From Isorropodon fossajaponicum endosymbiont JTNG4 (GTDB lineage Bacteria > Pseudomonadota > Gammaproteobacteria > PS1 > Pseudothioglobaceae), in the NCBI RefSeq assembly GCF_016592615.1, contig NZ_AP013043.1, positions 330,001 through 362,000 of the forward strand: DNA of 32,000 bases, read 5' to 3'. Positions 29,106-32,000 of the stretch are shown piece by piece. Made by a program: the position numbers and the translations under genes. Below the pieces are notes generated by a model. The model worked only from the letters and a program-made list of their open reading frames with translations, was not told the DNA's origin and made no database searches. Positions within the stretch are counted from its first letter, which is position 1. Each line of letters begins with the position of its first letter.

Positions 29106-30500
29106 ATGACAGACAAAAAAATCCAAGTAGAAAGCCTATATGAAGAGGGTGAACAATGGGTACAAAACCTAGGGGATGAAACCATTCATGCAAAACGTAT
29201 GAAGGGAAAGTTCCGCAATTTTAAATGGTTGGCCATTATTGTTTGGTCGCCATTTTTTATTGGTCCATACCTTACTTGGAATGATAAGCAAGCTATTTTA
29301 TTTGATATAGATAAAAGACAGTATCACTTATTTGACATTACTATTTTCCCACAAGATATTTGGATGCTCACCATGGTGTTGTTGTTTTTAGCGATTTTAT
29401 TAGCAGCTATGACCACTGTTCTAGGTCGAGTGTTTTGTGGTTATTTTTGTTTTCAAACGGTTTGGACGGATATCTTTACCAAAATAGAGCAATGGATTGA
29501 AGGCACGCCAGCCCAGCGCCGAAAGCTAGATAAGGCGCCAATGAGTTTTAATAAGCTCAAGCTCAAACTGGCTAAACATTCTATTTGGATAGCAATCGCA
29601 CTTTTCTCTGGTATTACTTGGATGCTGTATTTTGGAGTCACTTGGGCTGATTATTTTAAGGGTGATATTACCTCTACAACGATAGCCATCACCGCCGCTA
29701 CTGCACTTGGTGCTTACGTATTTGCTGGGTTTATGAGAGAGCAAACTTGCTTGTGGATTTGTCCATATGCGCGCATTCAAGGGGCAATGGTTGATGACCA
29801 AAGTATTCTACCAACTTATGACCATTATCGTGGCGAGCAGCGTGGCAGGCTTAAAAGAAGTGAGTTTGTTGAAGGGTTTGGCGATTGTATTGATTGTCAT
29901 CAATGCGTTGCTGTTTGCCCAACAGGTGTTGATATCCGCAAAGGTCAGGAGTATGGCTGCATTACTTGTGGACTGTGTATCGATGCTTGTGATTCGGTGA
30001 TGGAGAAGGTTGGTAAGCCTAAAGGCTTAATTCGTTATACCTCCTTAGCTGAAATGAAATTTAACAAACCAGTTAAAGCACTTTATAAACGCCCAAGGGT
30101 TATTATTTATGCATCAATATTATTATCAGCATTATCAGTATTGACTTATGGTATTTTAAATCTTGCGCAAATGGATTTAAAAGTATTGCACGACAGGCAG
30201 CCACTATTTGTACAGCTTTCTGATGGCTCAATTCGCAATAAATACGAACTAAAAGTCATGAATAAGACAGATAAAGTCATGCCAATTAGTATTAGTTTTA
30301 GCAGTAAAATAGGAAACCTAAAATCTAAAAAAGCGTTCAAAGTAGTGATGATTCCAAGTGGTAATGTTAAATCTATTTATGTTTATTTAAGCGCCTTTGA
30401 AAGTGATGTAGGCGCTGATAACGATGTTATATTTGTGGTTAAAAGCGAACAAGCCACTTTAGAATATAAGACTTCATTTTTCACACCTAAGAGTATGTAA
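29106..30500 (+). CDS. ccoG: Cytochrome cbb3 oxidase accessory protein CcoG/FixG (4Fe-4S, reported to be a cupric reductase)
   Basis: CGYFCFQTVWTD, CLWICPYARIQGAM, CIDCHQCVAVCPTGVDIR and CITCGLCIDACD are present. Confidence 0.92.
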   Translation: MTDKKIQVESLYEEGEQWVQNLGDETIHAKRMKGKFRNFKWLAIIVWSPFFIGPYLTWNDKQAILFDIDKRQYHLFDITIFPQDIWMLTMVLLFLAILLAAMTTVLGRVFCGYFCFQTVWTDIFTKIEQWIEGTPAQRRKLDKAPMSFNKLKLKLAKHSIWIAIALFSGITWMLYFGVTWADYFKGDITSTTIAITAATALGAYVFAGFMREQTCLWICPYARIQGAMVDDQSILPTYDHYRGEQRGRLKRSEFVEGFGDCIDCHQCVAVCPTGVDIRKGQEYGCITCGLCIDACDSVMEKVGKPKGLIRYTSLAEMKFNKPVKALYKRPRVIIYASILLSALSVLTYGILNLAQMDLKVLHDRQPLFVQLSDGSIRNKYELKVMNKTDKVMPISISFSSKIGNLKSKKAFKVVMIPSGNVKSIYVYLSAFESDVGADNDVIFVVKSEQATLEYKTSFFTPKSM

Positions 30501-30979
30501 TGAGTATTCACAAAAGCCCAATTATGATGGCCATGCTAGTGTTGTTTATCACTTTAGTGGGTGCGACTGTCTATCGAATTATTACCGCACTTGAAACCCA
30601 TCCAGGGTTAGTGGTTGAAGATGCATATTCGAGTGGCAAACGCTACGCAGAAACATTGAACCATAAGAAGCAATTAGCACGGCTTGGCTGGACATTAAAC
30701 CTTACTATTCCTAAGGTTGTGACTCATAATATTAAACAAACCTATATGGCTAATAGTGCACAGAACGGCAAGACCCTAGCAAATGCTTTGGTTACAGCAT
30801 ATTTTTATCGTCCTTTAGAAAAAGCACATGATTTTTCTATCAATATGGCATTTCACCAAGAAATAAATCAATATCAAGCACAAGTAACATTACCCTTAAA
30901 AGGGCGTTGGGATGTGGTGGTCGAAGTGGTTAAAGGGGAATTTTTACAAAGAACTTCTAGAAAGCTATTTGCTCAATAG
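30500..30979 (+). CDS. fixH: FixH-family protein
   Basis: 159 aa with an N-terminal TM segment followed by ...HPGLVVEDAYSSGKRYAETL...LGW.... The start overlaps the ccoG stop (TAATG). Confidence 0.75.
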   Translation: MSIHKSPIMMAMLVLFITLVGATVYRIITALETHPGLVVEDAYSSGKRYAETLNHKKQLARLGWTLNLTIPKVVTHNIKQTYMANSAQNGKTLANALVTAYFYRPLEKAHDFSINMAFHQEINQYQAQVTLPLKGRWDVVVEVVKGEFLQRTSRKLFAQ

Positions 30980-31190
30980 TTATTAGTTTCTTATAAAAGC
31001 CATTACAGGGCCAATAATATAACAAGAAATACGATTTTATTGTTAGTCATTATTTGGTAATTACTGACCCTGTGCCAGCAAGACCAACAGCTGAGATTAA
31101 GATAGAATGTGTGTTTTTATTATTCTTAAGTAAATTCATTAGTTTTTATTATTCGCCTTGTTAAGGAAAGAATTATTTTATATTTTATAT

Positions 31191-31214
31191 AAAAACTCTA
31201 TATATAGAGTTTTT
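31191..31214. repeat. Perfect 24-bp palindrome AAAAACTCTATATATAGAGTTTTT (operator or bidirectional terminator)
   Basis: Read directly from the sequence. It is self-complementary about 31202/31203 and has A5/T5 ends. Confidence 0.9.
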
Positions 31215-31222
31215 TAAAATTA

Positions 31223-31274
31223 ATTTAGCATATTCTTTTAAAACTTTCTTAAGTTTTAAAAGAATATGCTAAAT
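31223..31274. promoter_or_regulatory. Perfect 22-bp inverted repeat with an 8-nt spacer that engulfs the HTH gene start codon
   Basis: The arm ATTTAGCATATTCTTTTAAAAC (31223-31244) is the exact reverse complement of 31253-31274. The ATG at 31266 lies inside the right arm. Confidence 0.85.
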
Positions 31275-31511
31275 GTCGAATTCAAGTCAGATGAAGTTTC
31301 AGATTTTCATTTGAAAATCTCTCAAAATATAAAACGAATTAGAAAGCAAGCAGGCATTACGCAATTAAATCTTGCTGTTGGAATAGGTATCAATTCATCA
31401 GGTTCTTATTCAGATTATGAGAACAATAAGAATAGTAAAAAATTTAATTTAAACTATTTGTATAAAATTGCAAAAGTTCTGGAAGTTGATGTTTGTGAAT
31501 TTTTTATTTAA
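31266..31511 (+). CDS. XRE-family helix-turn-helix transcriptional regulator (81 aa)
   Basis: IKRIRKQAGITQLNLAVGIGI...YENNKN...NLNYLYKIAKVLEVDVCEFF fits the HTH_3 pattern. No SD is recognisable. Confidence 0.75.
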   Translation: MLNVEFKSDEVSDFHLKISQNIKRIRKQAGITQLNLAVGIGINSSGSYSDYENNKNSKKFNLNYLYKIAKVLEVDVCEFFI

Positions 31512-31520
31512 GAGTTTATG

Positions 31521-32000
31521 TTAATGTTTGTGTTCATGATTATGATGATGCTCATAAGTGGCCATAAGTTCATCCATTTGGTCGGCAAATAAATCATTAA
31601 ATTGAGCATCTTTTAAAATGGCTTCTGGTTGTCCCATGCAGCAAATATGGTGGTATAGGCATAAGACTTGGGTTGATTCTTTCATGACTCTATGCAAGTC
31701 GTGTGATACCATGAGCACGGCACAATTTTGTTGCTTATGAATATCTTGAATGAGTTTATATAAACTCATTTGGCCATTCACATCAAGGTTTTGGGCAGGC
31801 TCATCAAGGATTAAGACATTGGGTTTTGCAAGTAAGGCGCGGGCTAACAATACACGTTGCATTTCACCACCAGATAAATTTTTTAGTGATAAATGCAGCA
31901 ATGTTTCAATGCCTGTGAGTGTGGCAGTATCTATTAAAAACTGGGCATTAATTTTTTGGTTGAGTTTTAGAAAATCAATGACTGAAATGGGGATAAACTC
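31521..32000 (-). CDS. znuC: Zinc ABC transporter ATP-binding protein (ZnuC-like). C-terminal ~160 codons only; the 5' end lies beyond the window.
   Basis: The ABC signature LSGGEMQRVLLARAL, Walker B LILDEP and the H-loop VSHD are present, along with a His-rich tail YEHHHNHEHKH. The frame stays open upstream of the track Met to position 32000. Confidence 0.8.
   Translation of the reverse strand, partial: EFIPISVIDFLKLNQKINAQFLIDTATLTGIETLLHLSLKNLSGGEMQRVLLARALLAKPNVLILDEPAQNLDVNGQMSLYKLIQDIHKQQNCAVLMVSHDLHRVMKESTQVLCLYHHICCMGQPEAILKDAQFNDLFADQMDELMATYEHHHNHEHKH

Noticed and set aside
28727-29185. Two ORFs (122 aa plus strand, 67 aa minus strand) that read through the poly-C tract as poly-Pro or poly-Gly
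   Set aside because: One is antisense to dapD and the other overlaps the ccoG start. The homopolymer merely removes stop codons. I treated the tract as a DNA/RNA signal instead.
31053-31139. 29-codon minus-strand ORF (MNLLKNNKNTHSILISAVGLAGTGSVITK) in the fixH-HTH spacer
   Set aside because: It has no convincing SD and no lipobox or known small-protein motif. I could not link it to ccoS. It is left as non-coding.

Overview
This is an AT-rich chromosomal window, roughly mid-30s % GC by eye. Protein motifs look gammaproteobacterial, and a sulfur-oxidising symbiont or SUP05-like origin is only a guess. All calls come from reading the ORF translations and the DNA, with no database search. About 85% is housekeeping. 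On the minus strand: deaD (partial), a pentapeptide-repeat protein, gyrA, DAHP synthase, folE2, queD and parC. On the plus strand: phnA, a central-carbon cluster tkt-gap-(decayed DUF302)-pgk-pyk-fba, then mnmG-rsmG-hypothetical-tatD-rluC-ubiA. These are followed by a DUF218 gene and dapD (minus), ccoG-fixH (plus), a small XRE-type HTH gene (plus) and znuC (partial, minus). The accessory content has three parts. (1) Two near-identical, co-oriented, defective IS3-family copies (1432-2439, truncated at both ends; 10594-11894, full length with inverted repeats) bracket the 8.15 kb block that holds the pentapeptide-repeat gene, gyrA and parC. A tiny IS256-like stump abuts copy 1. (2) A decayed islet at 11895-13780 holds a gene stump, an apparently intact parDE toxin-antitoxin pair, and a P4-type integrase with at least 4 frameshifts and no tRNA. 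(3) Several unusual DNA signals: an 18-nt poly-C tract 15 nt upstream of the ccoG start codon, two perfect palindromes at the start of the HTH gene, and a 47-nt hairpin ending 4 nt before the mnmG start. No rRNA, tRNA or CRISPR array was seen. The most system-like candidate is the McbG/Qnr-like pentapeptide-repeat gene sitting directly behind gyrA.
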